Positions 29,892 to 41,300 of a stretch of DNA of 64,000 nucleotides are shown here, piece by piece. The DNA lies in assembly GCA_963801605.1 (NCBI GenBank), contig CAWDFP010000006.1, forward strand, positions 1,120,001 to 1,184,000. Reading direction: 5' to 3'. Position 1 is the first letter of the stretch. Each line of letters opens with the position of its first letter. The notes beneath the pieces were generated by a model, which saw nothing but the letters and a program-made list of their open reading frames with translations, was not told where the DNA came from and did no database searches. This stretch comes from an uncultured candidate division Zixibacteria bacterium (GTDB lineage Bacteria; Zixibacteria; MSB-5A5; UBA10806). Made by a program: the position numbers and the translations under genes.

Positions 29892-30269
29892 AGTTCTACT
29901 TCTCGCATTCTTTTTATTCTTGACAGTATTACAGACGCTTTTTAAGACCTTAAAACTTATTTTAACTATACTATAATCAAAGGACATGCCCGATTTTATT
30001 GTGTCGCCGATTGGCGTGATAATTCGCCGGATTTCGAATTTAGAAATCGAGAGGCATCATCTAAATTGCTGATAAAATATGAATTGCGTCAGAGGATTGA
30101 TAGGTCGCCGAAGTGATCAATATTATAACAGTAATGGGCTCATTAAAATATATTATCTTATCGATTTTAGATACTGTGAAAAAGAATGCATACTCAGATT
30201 GCCTGCTTGCAGGTATTATTCTTAAAAAAAGACTTGCAATATTTCGAATGATAGCTATAATTATTTTGG

Positions 30270-32132
30270 ATGCGTACGTATGGGAAGATACTAACCGGCT
30301 TTTTTATATTTTTATTTCTTTGTATTTCCGTTCAGGCGGCTGACCATGGCATCCTCTCGGGACAGGTCACTCTGAAGGGAGTAAGTAGTGCTATCGAAGG
30401 GGCCGCCATATATGTTTATGATATTTCCGAGACAAAAATAGATTCGGCTTTCAGCGATATTCAGGGGGAATTTAACCTGAATTTACCAGCCGGTAATTAT
30501 TATATTTCGGCCGAAAAAGATAATCTCATTAAAGAGTATTTCCCAGGCGCTTATCTTATTAGCGACGCTCATAAGGTTGCGATTTCAAACAGGCAAAATA
30601 CCAAGGTGCTTTTTGCCTTAAAGACCGGCGGCTGGATTTCGGGCACATTCGCATTTGAAGGCGATGATGTCCCCACGGGGTTAATCACAGCTATTAAAAT
30701 CGATCAGCCCGATGAGGGTTGGTATAAGAGCTTGAATTTGGATGGTCCTTTTCCCAGCGCTTATGCTCTTCAGGGGCTAATCCCCGGTACCTACAAACTA
30801 CTGGCACGAGCTCGCGGCAAGAGCACCGAGTATTACCCCGGAGTTGAAAATATAGGAGACGCTTCGGCAATTACTGTTAGCCGGGATTTGGGCGTTTCCA
30901 ATATCGCCTTTATGCTCGATCAAGTGGGCTGGGGCACAATTCAGGGGCATGTTATTAATCAAATTAATGGTCAAGGTATAGCCAATCTATCGATAAGTGC
31001 ATATCAATGGCGTGATTTTTGGCAAGATCCCAATCTTTCCAATGTTAGGTCTAATCCTGATGGCAGCTACCAACTAAATGTACCGGCTGGGGACTACTTC
31101 ATATTTACGGTTTATTCGGTTTACAGCGGAGCCTCGATGGTGCTTTATTATAACAACTGCTTTGACCCCACAAGCGCCAATATTGTTCACGTAGCCGAAG
31201 GTCAAACGGTCCAAAGCATTGATTTTGAAATCAATTTTACAGTCAAGCATAATTTATCGATTTCCGGTATGGTCACTGACCAGCGCACCGGGTATGGATT
31301 AAACGATGTGGTAGTTACTGCCATCAATAGCGAAACGGGCCTCCAGGCGGGTTCGGCCTATAGTATTGGCGATGGCAATTTCTCGATTAACGGTCTTATG
31401 TCTGGAAGATATCTGCTGATGTTTTCGGGTACTTATGTCATCCCATACTTTTATTCCGGGGCCGAAAACTGGCAGGATGGTAATATAATCGAGTTAAGCG
31501 GTCATTTTGACAATATCCGAACTGAGGCGATTACTCAGGATTATGGCAACAATGGGCTATCGATTGCCGGTACGGTGACAACACCTGATGGACCGTTAAA
31601 TGGTGTTAGAATTTACGCCTATCCGTATGGAAGTTCTGATCCGATCGCCTATGCCAGAACGGATGATTTTGGTTATTACTCAATCGTTAACGGCTTGGTC
31701 CCGGGCGTATATCGGATTACGTGCGATATGTTTGGTTATGAGCATCAGGAATACCCGAACGCAATTTATCTGGACCTGATGACAAACCCCGAAGCCACGG
31801 GAATCGATTTTGTACTAAATGGAACCACCAATATTGCCTATGATATTGCTCCGCTGGTAGGCAAAATTTCAATTGAGGGCAATTATCCGAATCCATTTAA
31901 TATGGTAACTTTAATAAGAGTTTACTCCGGTCGCAGCGATGAATTTTCAAGCCATTTGACTGTGTTCAATTTGCTCGGGCAGATGGTTGGTGAAAAGGCC
32001 GTTCAAATCAAACCGGGTTACAACGGAATCCAGTGGAATGCCAATGATTTTAATTCTCCCATTTCATCGGGCACATATTTTTACCATTTCGATGGAATTA
32101 CCGCATCCGAACGCATGATTCTTCTAAAGTGA
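30270..32132 (+). CDS. secreted carboxypeptidase-regulatory-like repeat protein with a T9SS type-A sorting domain
   Basis: Signal peptide; repeated ISG-V...G-Y beta-sandwich units; C-terminal NYPNPFN...SGTYFY...MILLK. Confidence 0.85.
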   Translation: MRTYGKILTGFFIFLFLCISVQAADHGILSGQVTLKGVSSAIEGAAIYVYDISETKIDSAFSDIQGEFNLNLPAGNYYISAEKDNLIKEYFPGAYLISDAHKVAISNRQNTKVLFALKTGGWISGTFAFEGDDVPTGLITAIKIDQPDEGWYKSLNLDGPFPSAYALQGLIPGTYKLLARARGKSTEYYPGVENIGDASAITVSRDLGVSNIAFMLDQVGWGTIQGHVINQINGQGIANLSISAYQWRDFWQDPNLSNVRSNPDGSYQLNVPAGDYFIFTVYSVYSGASMVLYYNNCFDPTSANIVHVAEGQTVQSIDFEINFTVKHNLSISGMVTDQRTGYGLNDVVVTAINSETGLQAGSAYSIGDGNFSINGLMSGRYLLMFSGTYVIPYFYSGAENWQDGNIIELSGHFDNIRTEAITQDYGNNGLSIAGTVTTPDGPLNGVRIYAYPYGSSDPIAYARTDDFGYYSIVNGLVPGVYRITCDMFGYEHQEYPNAIYLDLMTNPEATGIDFVLNGTTNIAYDIAPLVGKISIEGNYPNPFNMVTLIRVYSGRSDEFSSHLTVFNLLGQMVGEKAVQIKPGYNGIQWNANDFNSPISSGTYFYHFDGITASERMILLK

Positions 32133-32362
32133 ATTCAAAAATACCTTGACATATCGTTTTTAGCGGTATAATCTTTTGCGTATAATGGAGATCGTCTGAT
32201 AAGTTTAGGCGTTCCAACCTGCTTAAGCGATTTTTACTTTGGCGTTTTTTGGCGAGAATGCGTCAAGCAGGGAATCATCAGTTTTATAGTTGAAAATAGT
32301 CTTTGTGTTGAAGCCAAAGCGACCAAGAACGGTTGCTTTTAAGTATTAGGTGAAAGAGTACT

Positions 32363-33142
32363 TTGACAAGCAAATATTTTTTTAGATTCGCGTTTACCTC
32401 CGGCTGGTCAGGGATTATGAATATGGAGGCCGATCGCTTTTTTGGAGATGTGGAACCGCCTGATCTTCCGTTGGTGCGATTGTACACCTGGGATATTCCG
32501 ACAATTAGCCTGGGCTGTAACCAGAACCCAGCTAAAAGATTGGATTTGGCATTGTGCAAACGGCGCGGTATCCCGGTGGTGCAGCGTCCCACGGGCGGAC
32601 GAGAGCTTTTGCATGGCCATGATCTTTGCTATTGTGTGGCCATACCTCATCAGATCGGGATGACCGCAGTTGAAGCCAAACAGATTTTTTCATCCATAAC
32701 GGATGTATTAAATATGGCTCTGGCTCAAATGGGTATCGCCGCGGAAGGCGGAAATCTTAACGGACGGCCCAGTGCGATGCGGGGACCATGTTTTGTTCAA
32801 ACAGACGCTGGTGAATTGTCAGTAAAGGGCAGGAAACTGGTAGCATCAGCCCAGAGGGTTTTCGACAGGTGTGTCATTCAGGAAGGCTCGATTCCGCTGG
32901 AAAAGCCGTCAGTTGACCTGACTGAATTTCTTTGCGTGGAAAATAGGGAGATGCTAAAAAAAGCGATGGATGCTAACACCGCTTTCCTTTTCGATCACTT
33001 AAAGCAGCCTGTTCCGATCGATGCGGTCGTGGAACAAATAAAACAAGCATTTATTAGGCATTATGGCGGCCCGGCGCAAGCATCTGATCAGCTTCTCGAT
33101 CATTTTCTGCGGAATAATAAGAAATCGTTATGGTATTATTGA
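32363..33142 (+). CDS. lipoate-protein ligase/octanoyltransferase (LipM/LplA family)
   Basis: NMEAD, RLYTW, SLG-NQ, QRPTGGR, GRKLVASAQ. Confidence 0.88.
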   Translation: MTSKYFFRFAFTSGWSGIMNMEADRFFGDVEPPDLPLVRLYTWDIPTISLGCNQNPAKRLDLALCKRRGIPVVQRPTGGRELLHGHDLCYCVAIPHQIGMTAVEAKQIFSSITDVLNMALAQMGIAAEGGNLNGRPSAMRGPCFVQTDAGELSVKGRKLVASAQRVFDRCVIQEGSIPLEKPSVDLTEFLCVENREMLKKAMDANTAFLFDHLKQPVPIDAVVEQIKQAFIRHYGGPAQASDQLLDHFLRNNKKSLWYY

Positions 33143-33228
33143 TGATAGATATATATAATGCGGGGGAGGTGATACCGGAAGTTTTCATTTGTTTTTACTT
33201 AAATTAACCTCGAAACACTTAAGGAGAA

Positions 33229-35002
33229 ATGCAGATGACAAGAAAGTTGTTGGTTTTAGCAATCGTTGGTTTACTGCTTGTTTTAGTTGGTTCGGCTTTT
33301 GCTGTAAATATGGTAAAGACGAAAACCATGCCTATACAGCAGAACTTTACCGGTGATGAGCAAGTGCCGGTAGGGCCTTATTACCCATCGATGCCCGGCG
33401 TTATTTGTCAATCGCCTGGAGATACAATGGGTATGACCCAATATGATTATCAAACCAATGGTTCAACTGGCCGCAGGGTGGTTCTTGATTCCCAGGGTGG
33501 CCTTCATTTTGATTGGATGTGCGGTGACCCCTATCCGTCGATCAGGAATGTGAAATATAATTGCTTTACGCCTACCTCGCCGTCGCAGTGGCCCGGTGAA
33601 GGTACCACTATTTCCTATCGCAATGGAGCCGGCTATACAACAATCGGCGTTACTACCGATGGCCGTGCGGCTTGCGCTTTCCATCAGGCCCCAACCAACG
33701 CTGAATCCCTTTTTGTGGCAGTTGACCAGTTCCAGTGCCTGGGCGCTATGGATATGCGTCATCCGCCAAATCGGCAGGGTACCAACAAGTACGTATGGCC
33801 GTATGTCACAGTCGACCGTAACGATAGAATCCACGTTGTGGCCACAGCCAATTTCGCCACTGGCGCCCAGCCCTTTGGTTACACTCGTTCCAATAACGGC
33901 GGTACCACCTGGGTTGCTCCCGCCATTGTCGATACTCTAAGAACAATTTCCCCCGTTGTAGTTTCCAGTAAAGTATCGGATAAGGTAGCCATTGTTTACA
34001 CTCATCCTGCCGATACCACTCAGGCCAGAAATAACGTTTACTATGTTCAATCCACCGATGGTATTACCTGGAATAGCTTTATCCCGAAGGTTAATGTTAC
34101 CAATTACGGCCGCAACCGTGATACCACCTGGGCTTATACCGAAGTTTCCGCTCTGTACGATTTCAATGATAACTTGCATATCATCTGGAACGCCAATTTG
34201 GTATCGGGTGCATTGAACAGCTCTCCATCCATGTATTACGGCAATTCCCATATTTATCATTGGGATGCCACCTCCAATTCGATTAGCTACTTCGCAGATT
34301 TTGATTCCACCTGGCCCCAATCCGGATGCGATATGAGCAACTGGAATTTCACATACTGCAAGTTCTCCGTCGCTACCGATTCGCTCAACCGCTTGTATGT
34401 TGCCTACACCAGTTGGGATACATCAGATTGTTCGCTGGCCGGTTATGCCAATGGCGATATTTATCTCCAATCCTCTCCGGATAATGGCAGAACCTGGACT
34501 CCCAAAATCAATTTGACCAATTCGCAAACTCCTCAGTGTGCGGCCGGTGATTGCGATTCGGATAACTGGTCATCATTAGCTGAAAATACTTCTGGCGGAA
34601 ACACCCTGCACCTGTTCTACGTGAATGACAAGGATGCCGGTGGAATTCCTCAAACGGAGGGCGGCATCACCGATAATCCGATGCTTCACTACGCTTTTGA
34701 GGGTCCTATTGGCTGTAGGCGAGGATATTCAGCAGCCCAAGAGTTTCTCGCTTTCGCAGAACTATCCGAACCCCTTTAACGCCCGGACCAACATCGATTT
34801 TGAGCTGGCCAAGCCAGCTTTCGTCGATCTAACCGTTTATGATATCACCGGTGCCAAAGTGGCTAATCTGCTTAGCCAAAATATGAACGCTGGCCAGCAC
34901 CAGATCAACTGGGATGCCAGCCGCGTTGCCAGCGGGGTATATTATTACACTTTAAGAGCTAACGGCTCCGAAGTGACCAAGAAAATGACTCTGCTGAAGT
35001 AG
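33229..35002 (+). CDS. secreted BNR/Asp-box propeller-like protein with T9SS sorting domain, paralog 1 (+1 frameshift ~34711)
   Basis: Signal peptide; SNNGGTTW, STDGITW and SPDNGRTW boxes; CTD SQNYPNPFN...KKMTLLK in the next frame. Confidence 0.85.
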
Positions 35003-35060
35003 AAAAATTCGATTCTTGCCGAAGGCCAATTATGGGGTTTCGGCAGGAAACCGAATAATC

Positions 35061-35100
35061 AAAAAGAGGCAAGTTTGCAAAGCTTGCCTCTTTTCTTTTT
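35061..35100 (+). terminator. intrinsic terminator
   Basis: AAAAGAGGCAAG...CTTGCCTCTTTT with a U-tract. Confidence 0.8.
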
Positions 35101-35558
35101 ATAAATTTCCATGAATACCGCTACTTATTGAACCTTTAATAAGTTTCGCCGCGATTTATGCAATTTCGATGCCTCTGTGCATGACAAAATTAATATACAA
35201 ATTCATTGACGGGTGATTCGGTAAGGTTTATATTTTGGGGTAATTTGTACAGGCGTAATGCGGGCAGCGCTCATTAATATATTTCAGTTGTAAAGCTTTT
35301 ATCCTATCGGCGTAAGCCCGAGTCCTTAGAGTTGAGAAAAAACAAATAAAGGTTAGGGGAAAAGTAAATAATACTGGCCATAAAATACTGCTTAATAAAA
35401 TAATTTCGATACGAGGTGTTATTTAGCACAAATGCAGGCAGGATGAAGCAGAAAACCGTTTTATTTAAAGCTTAATCAATTTCCGAATCTGTTAATTCGA
35501 ATTGTAATTTGGTAAATTTTATATCGTAACCCGGAACACTTTTACAGGAGGAATTAAG

Positions 35559-37332
35559 ATGTCACGAAAGATTTTGGTTTTGACAGTCGCCTCGATGCTG
35601 TTGATATTGGCCGGTCTGGCTTTTGCCACCGAAATGGTAAAAACCAAAGCCATGCCCGCAAATCCAGTATCTATTACCGGGGATGAGCCTGTAATCGGCG
35701 CAAAGTACTATCCATCAACCCCCGGGCTGATCTGCGAGTCACCAGGGGAAATAATGGGTTATACTCAATATGACTTCCAGACTAACGGTTCTACCGGACG
35801 CAGGGTTGTAGTGGATTCCCAGGGAGGATTGCATTTTGATTGGATGTGCGGCGACCCCTATCCGTCGATAAGGAATATTAAATATAATTGCTTTACGCCG
35901 ACGACTCCGTCGCAGTGGCCGGAGGAAGGCACAACCATTTCTTATCGCAACGGCGCGGGCTACGCCACGATCGACGCCACTTCCGATGGTCGAGCCGTTT
36001 GCGCCTTTCATCAAGCCCCTACCAATGCCGAATCTTTGTTTGTCGCAGTTGACCAGTTTCAATGCCTGGGCGCCATGGATATGCGTCACCCCGGAAATAG
36101 AATTGGGATATTCAGGTTGCTTTGGCCCTATATCACGGTGGATCGCAGCAACCGGGTTCACCTTGTAGCCACTACCAATACAAACAGTCAGACATATACC
36201 TATAAGCCAATGGGCTATACCAGATCCAATGACGGCGGATCCACCTGGGTAGCCATAGCCACCTTCGATACTTCAAGGACTATCTCGTCGATTGTGGTTT
36301 CCAGTAAGGTTTCTGATAAGGTGGCCATAGTCTATACTCATCCAACCGATACTACGGGGGGCAGAAACAACGTTTACTATATCCAATCAGCGGATGGTAT
36401 CACCTGGAATAATTTCTCTCCCAAGGTGAATATAACCAATTATCACCGCAACAACGATTCGCTGTATGCCTACACTGAAGTTAGCGCTCTCTATGATTTT
36501 AACGACAATTTGCATATCGTTTGGAACGGCATATATGTACAGGGAGCGCCAAACACAACTCCATATTTTTATTATGGCCGTTCCCATCTGTATCATTGGG
36601 ACGCCACCTCTAATTCAATTAGCTACTTTGCCGATTTTGATTCAACCTGGCCTCAATCCGGATGCGACATGGGCGGCTGGAACTTCACTTTGTGCAAATT
36701 CTCTGTTGCGACCGACCAGGCCAACAACCTGTTCGTAACTTATACCAGTTGGGATACATCCGATTGCTCGCTGGCCGGCTATGCCAACGGCGATATCTAC
36801 CTTCAAAGCTCTCGCGATAATGGCGCGACCTGGGCCCCCAGACTCAATATAACCAATTCGCAAACGCCCCAATGCGCGGCGGGCGACTGCGATTCGGACA
36901 ACTGGTCAACGTTGGCGGAGAATGTCACCAATAATACCTTGCATCTATTTTATGTCAACGATAAGGATGCTGGTGGTATTCCTATGACTGAAGGGTCCGC
37001 AACTGATAATCCCATGCGGTATTTAGCTATTGCTGTCGATGCGGTTGATGACGGGGTTCAGCAGCCAACGAGATTTCTCGCTTTCGCAAAATTATCCAAA
37101 TCCATTCAATGGCCGGACAAATATCGATTTTGAATTGGTTAAACCCTCCTTTGTTGATTTATCAGTATATGATATCACCGGCGCCAGGGTCGCCACGCTG
37201 CTTAACGGCAATATGGAATCGGGCAGCCATCAGGTTAATTGGGATGCCAGCAATGTTGCCAGCGGTGTATATTACTATACACTCAAAGCAAATGGCTCAG
37301 AAGTTACCAAAAAAATGACTCTTCTTAAGTAA
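35559..37332 (+). CDS. secreted BNR/Asp-box propeller-like protein with T9SS sorting domain, paralog 2 (+1 frameshift ~37070)
   Basis: Long identical stretches with paralog 1 (e.g. GGLHFDWMCGDPYPSIRN, YTSWDTSDCSLAGYANGDIYLQSS); CTD in the next frame. Confidence 0.85.
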
Positions 37333-37504
37333 TTACAGAACTCAAGCAGAACTAATGGCTTGATAGGGGCGGACAAGTTATGTTCGCCCCTTGGCATTTG
37401 TAGGAAAATAAAATAACGGTAATTATCACGGGAATTTTATACCGGCTTGAATTGTAATATTGATGACTAACCGGCCGCTTTACTGGGAGAAAAGAGTATT
37501 GAAG

Positions 37505-38108
37505 GTGAAAATCTACCGAACGAGCATAATGATATTATTGATTCTATTCATCGCGCTCCTATTATTATTTTCCTGTGCTTCATCAAAATTGAAGAAAATA
37601 GACGGTATAGGTCCTATACGCGAGAGATATAGGAATTATTGCTGCCCGAGCCGTCGAATCCGATGATTCATCGAATATGGCCAAAATAGCACAAGATTCG
37701 TCTGGCCGCGGTAGCGTATCGGGAGCTGTAACAGATGAAAATGGGGAGGCCATTCCCGGGGTTCATATATATCTGGAAGGAACATCGATAAAAACGGCGT
37801 GTGATATTAATGGGTCATTCCGCCTGGCTCATGTCCCGGTTGGCAATTACTTCATTATCGCTGGATGCGTCGGATATAGATTAAACCGAAGAGGCCCCTT
37901 AACTATCTTAGCGAATATTGAAGATTCTGTTAAAATTCTGCTAAAATCATTTTCGGTGAAACCATTGGCTGTGCTCGAAGAGCCATGGGGTTTTATCAAC
38001 AAATATGACACATCAAACAAATGGGAACTCGATTCCCGGCAGATCGAGGCTTTACCTGGAGAAACTATCCACGATATACTCAAAGCTTGCCCCGGACTCA
38101 GCCGTTAA
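37505..38108 (+). CDS. lipoprotein with a carboxypeptidase-regulatory-like domain, resembling the N-terminus of the adjacent TonB receptor (+1 frameshift ~37625)
   Basis: LFS-C lipobox; SGAVTDENGEAIPGV-I-LEGTSI aligns with receptor SGVVTDEKGEPIPGVSVKIEGTSI. Confidence 0.65.
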
Positions 38109-38344
38109 GGGAAGGAGTTTTATGCAGAATTGGCTTGACTTTACACAAGAAAAAAAACAAATTCGGGGAATAAAAATGTGGACCGCCTGTAATAGAGGTG
38201 GTCGGGACTCGGTACGCGTTTGAGGGTGATGGAAAACTTGAACCGCAGTTGTCTCCCGAATTTTAGCTACGCTTTCTAAAAGATAAGGATTTTTAATATT
38301 TTGATTTTTCCCCTGCGAAGCATGACCAAGAAGGAGGTTAAGGA

Positions 38345-41300
38345 ATGAGGTTCAGAAAGATTAAGATTTTGCCATTGTTAATGGTTTTTCTGATAACCTT
38401 GGTGACGGCTTCCAGCGTGCTGGCCGGCACAGTCGGTAAGATCTCTGGTGTTGTAACCGACGAGAAAGGTGAGCCGATTCCAGGCGTCTCGGTGAAGATC
38501 GAGGGTACCTCGATTGGCGCCGCCGCCGGAATCGACGGATCTTACGTGATTCTAAATGTGCCGCCAGGCACCTACAACGTTTCCGCCCAGACTGTGGGAT
38601 ACAACAAGACCACGGCACAGGGCGTTGTGGTGCAAGCTGACGTAACCACCGCGCAAGATTTTAAGCTGGTATCCAACGCCATTAAGGCTGAGGATATCTT
38701 AGTCATCGTACCCAAAAAGACGATCGACAAGTACATCACGACCACCGAATACACTAAGTCCGGAGACCAGATTAAGACGATGCCCGTGACAAATCTCGGG
38801 CAGTTGCTTAAGAGCACTCCCGGTTTTGTTAAAGAAGGCGGTCTGTTGCACTCCCGTGGCGGCCGCGCCGGCGAAATTTCGTATATCGTCGATGGTATCG
38901 AAGTAAAGGATCCATTGGGTGGTTATGGCGCCGCGCAAAGGCAGGCAGTCGATATCCCAGCCAGCGAGGTGGATCAGCTTTCGGTGCTTAAAGGAAATTT
39001 CGATGCTGAATACGGTGGTGTAAGCTCGGCTATTATCAACGTGGTTGGTAAGGGTGGAGACACCAGGGTAACATCAGGACGAATTGAATATCTAACCGAC
39101 GATTTCGGAATCGCCAGCCTGAACAAATACTCATTCAATTCCGACCGTCTCGAATGGAACTTATCCGGCCCGATTCCCGGTCTCAAAGATCAGCTTTTCC
39201 CAGCTCTCGGTCTGAAGTGGCCGGGCGAGAATATGGCATATTTCCTGAGCTTCTCGGGCGACAAATCGAATAATTATGTCGATTACAATAACTATTCCTC
39301 GCCCAATTCCAAGATTGATTATGGCTACGAGAAATTTTTGGGAATTAAAATCCCCAACAGGAGATCAAACGCGTATTCGGCCAATGCCAAGTTAACCTGG
39401 CAAATGGATGCCAACGGCAAGTACAAATTGTCGACCAATTACCGCAAACTCTGGCAGAACTTTACAGGATTCAGCTGGCAGTTCTTATATACGCCTCAAA
39501 CGGCTCCTACTATTTCCGAATCCAAGGAAATTTATGGCGCAACATTCACCTTCTCACCAAGTTTCCTGAAAAATACATTCGGCGAACTTAAAGTAAATCG
39601 ATTCAAACAGCGCTACGAACAAAGGCCCGGAACCCGTACGCCAGGTGATTTTCTGAACTCCGAAAATTATGAATCGTACGTGGATCTTAATCATAACGGA
39701 AAATGGGATGCCGCTGAATCTTATGTTGATACCAATCATGATGGATTCTTTGGCGAACCGTTTGACGATTACAACGGTAACGGAGTTTGGGACGCGGGTG
39801 AACCATTCACCGACCTTAATGCTAACGGAAGATATGACGCCGATATCGGCGAACCCTACTCTGATCTCAATGGCAATGGAAAATGGGATCGCGTCGAGCA
39901 GATCAATAATGATCACTACTTCTACGATCAGAACAACAATGGCGTATTTGACGCCGGCGATTCTTCTTACCTGGTAGATGGCCGAGGCAATGGGGTTTAT
40001 GATACCCAATTGCGCGATGTCATTAATATAGATCAGCCCGAACCTTATACCGACGGCGATAAGAGCTCGGGAGAGCCATTTATAGACGTCGATTTGGATG
40101 GCGTTTTCACCGGCCCTCCAAACAATCCAACCGGGCAGGACATTTTCCTGGGCGCCTGGGATCTCAACAACAATGGACGTCATGATGGTCCGAGTGATCC
40201 CTGGAGTCAGGGAATTCCGTACGTAGACCTCAATAACAATGGGCGCTACGATGCTCCCAACGGGCGTTACGATTACGGTGAACCTTTTGTTGATCAAAAC
40301 GGCAACGGTGTTTATGATGCCGCTGATGGTTTCTGGGACTACGGATATGATCAGTGGGCTCTTTGGCAGATGACCCAAACCACTACCAATACCTTCAGCT
40401 TAAACCTGACCAGTCAGGTCTCCAAGCAGCACGAGATTAAATCGGGTATCGAATATAAGGATATGAATCTGGATATGAACGAATTACAGTATCCTGATCA
40501 GACTTATGACGGCTCCGCTGATGGAGGATCGTGGCCCGATCGCGGTATTTTTAGAGACTTCTATACCCGCACTCCGAAACAGGGTTCGTTCTATATCAGG
40601 GATAAAATGGAATATGGCGAAATGATCGCCGATCTGGGTTTCCGTTACGAATTTTATCTGCAGGCGAACGAAGTGCAGGATTCAGTTTATTCCTCGGAAA
40701 ATTACCAGGGAAAAGCTATTTACGATTCCCGAAACAAATTCTCGCCGAGGGTATCATTCTCATTCCCGGTCGCAGAGAAGGCCAAGCTATACTTTAACTA
40801 CGGGCATTTCTATCAATTGCCCGATTTGAGCAACTTTTTCAAGAGACCGACTCAGGCTTCGAATGCCGCGGGGATCATCGGCAACCCCAATCTCGATTTC
40901 CAGAAAACAATCTCTTATGAGTTGGGTGTTCAGTATTCAATCTCTCATGGTTACGTTCTCGATCTTTCCGGCTTCTATAAAGACTACTACGGACTCTTAA
41001 ACTCGATCCGGCAGGTCTACGGCCCAATAACCACCGACGTTTACGGCAACGTTGACTATGCCAGAACTCGCGGTTTGGAGATGCAGCTCGAGAAACGCTA
41101 TGGAAACTTCCTGGCAGGCTCATTAAACTATCAATATACCTGGGCATTCGGCAAGAACTCTTCGTCACAAGCCGACTATTATGCCCGCTTCTATCGTCAG
41201 GAGATTCCGATCCAGGAGAGGCCTCTTGATTGGGATATCAGACACCAGTTAACGGTCAATGCCGATATCAGGGCAGCCAAGAAGGTTCATCCGAGATTTG

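Noticed and set aside
39670..40345. Periodic repeats as a possible CRISPR array or DGR template
   Set aside because: Repeats are conserved at protein level only, inside an open frame; no identical DNA repeats with spacers, and no cas or reverse transcriptase gene in the window.
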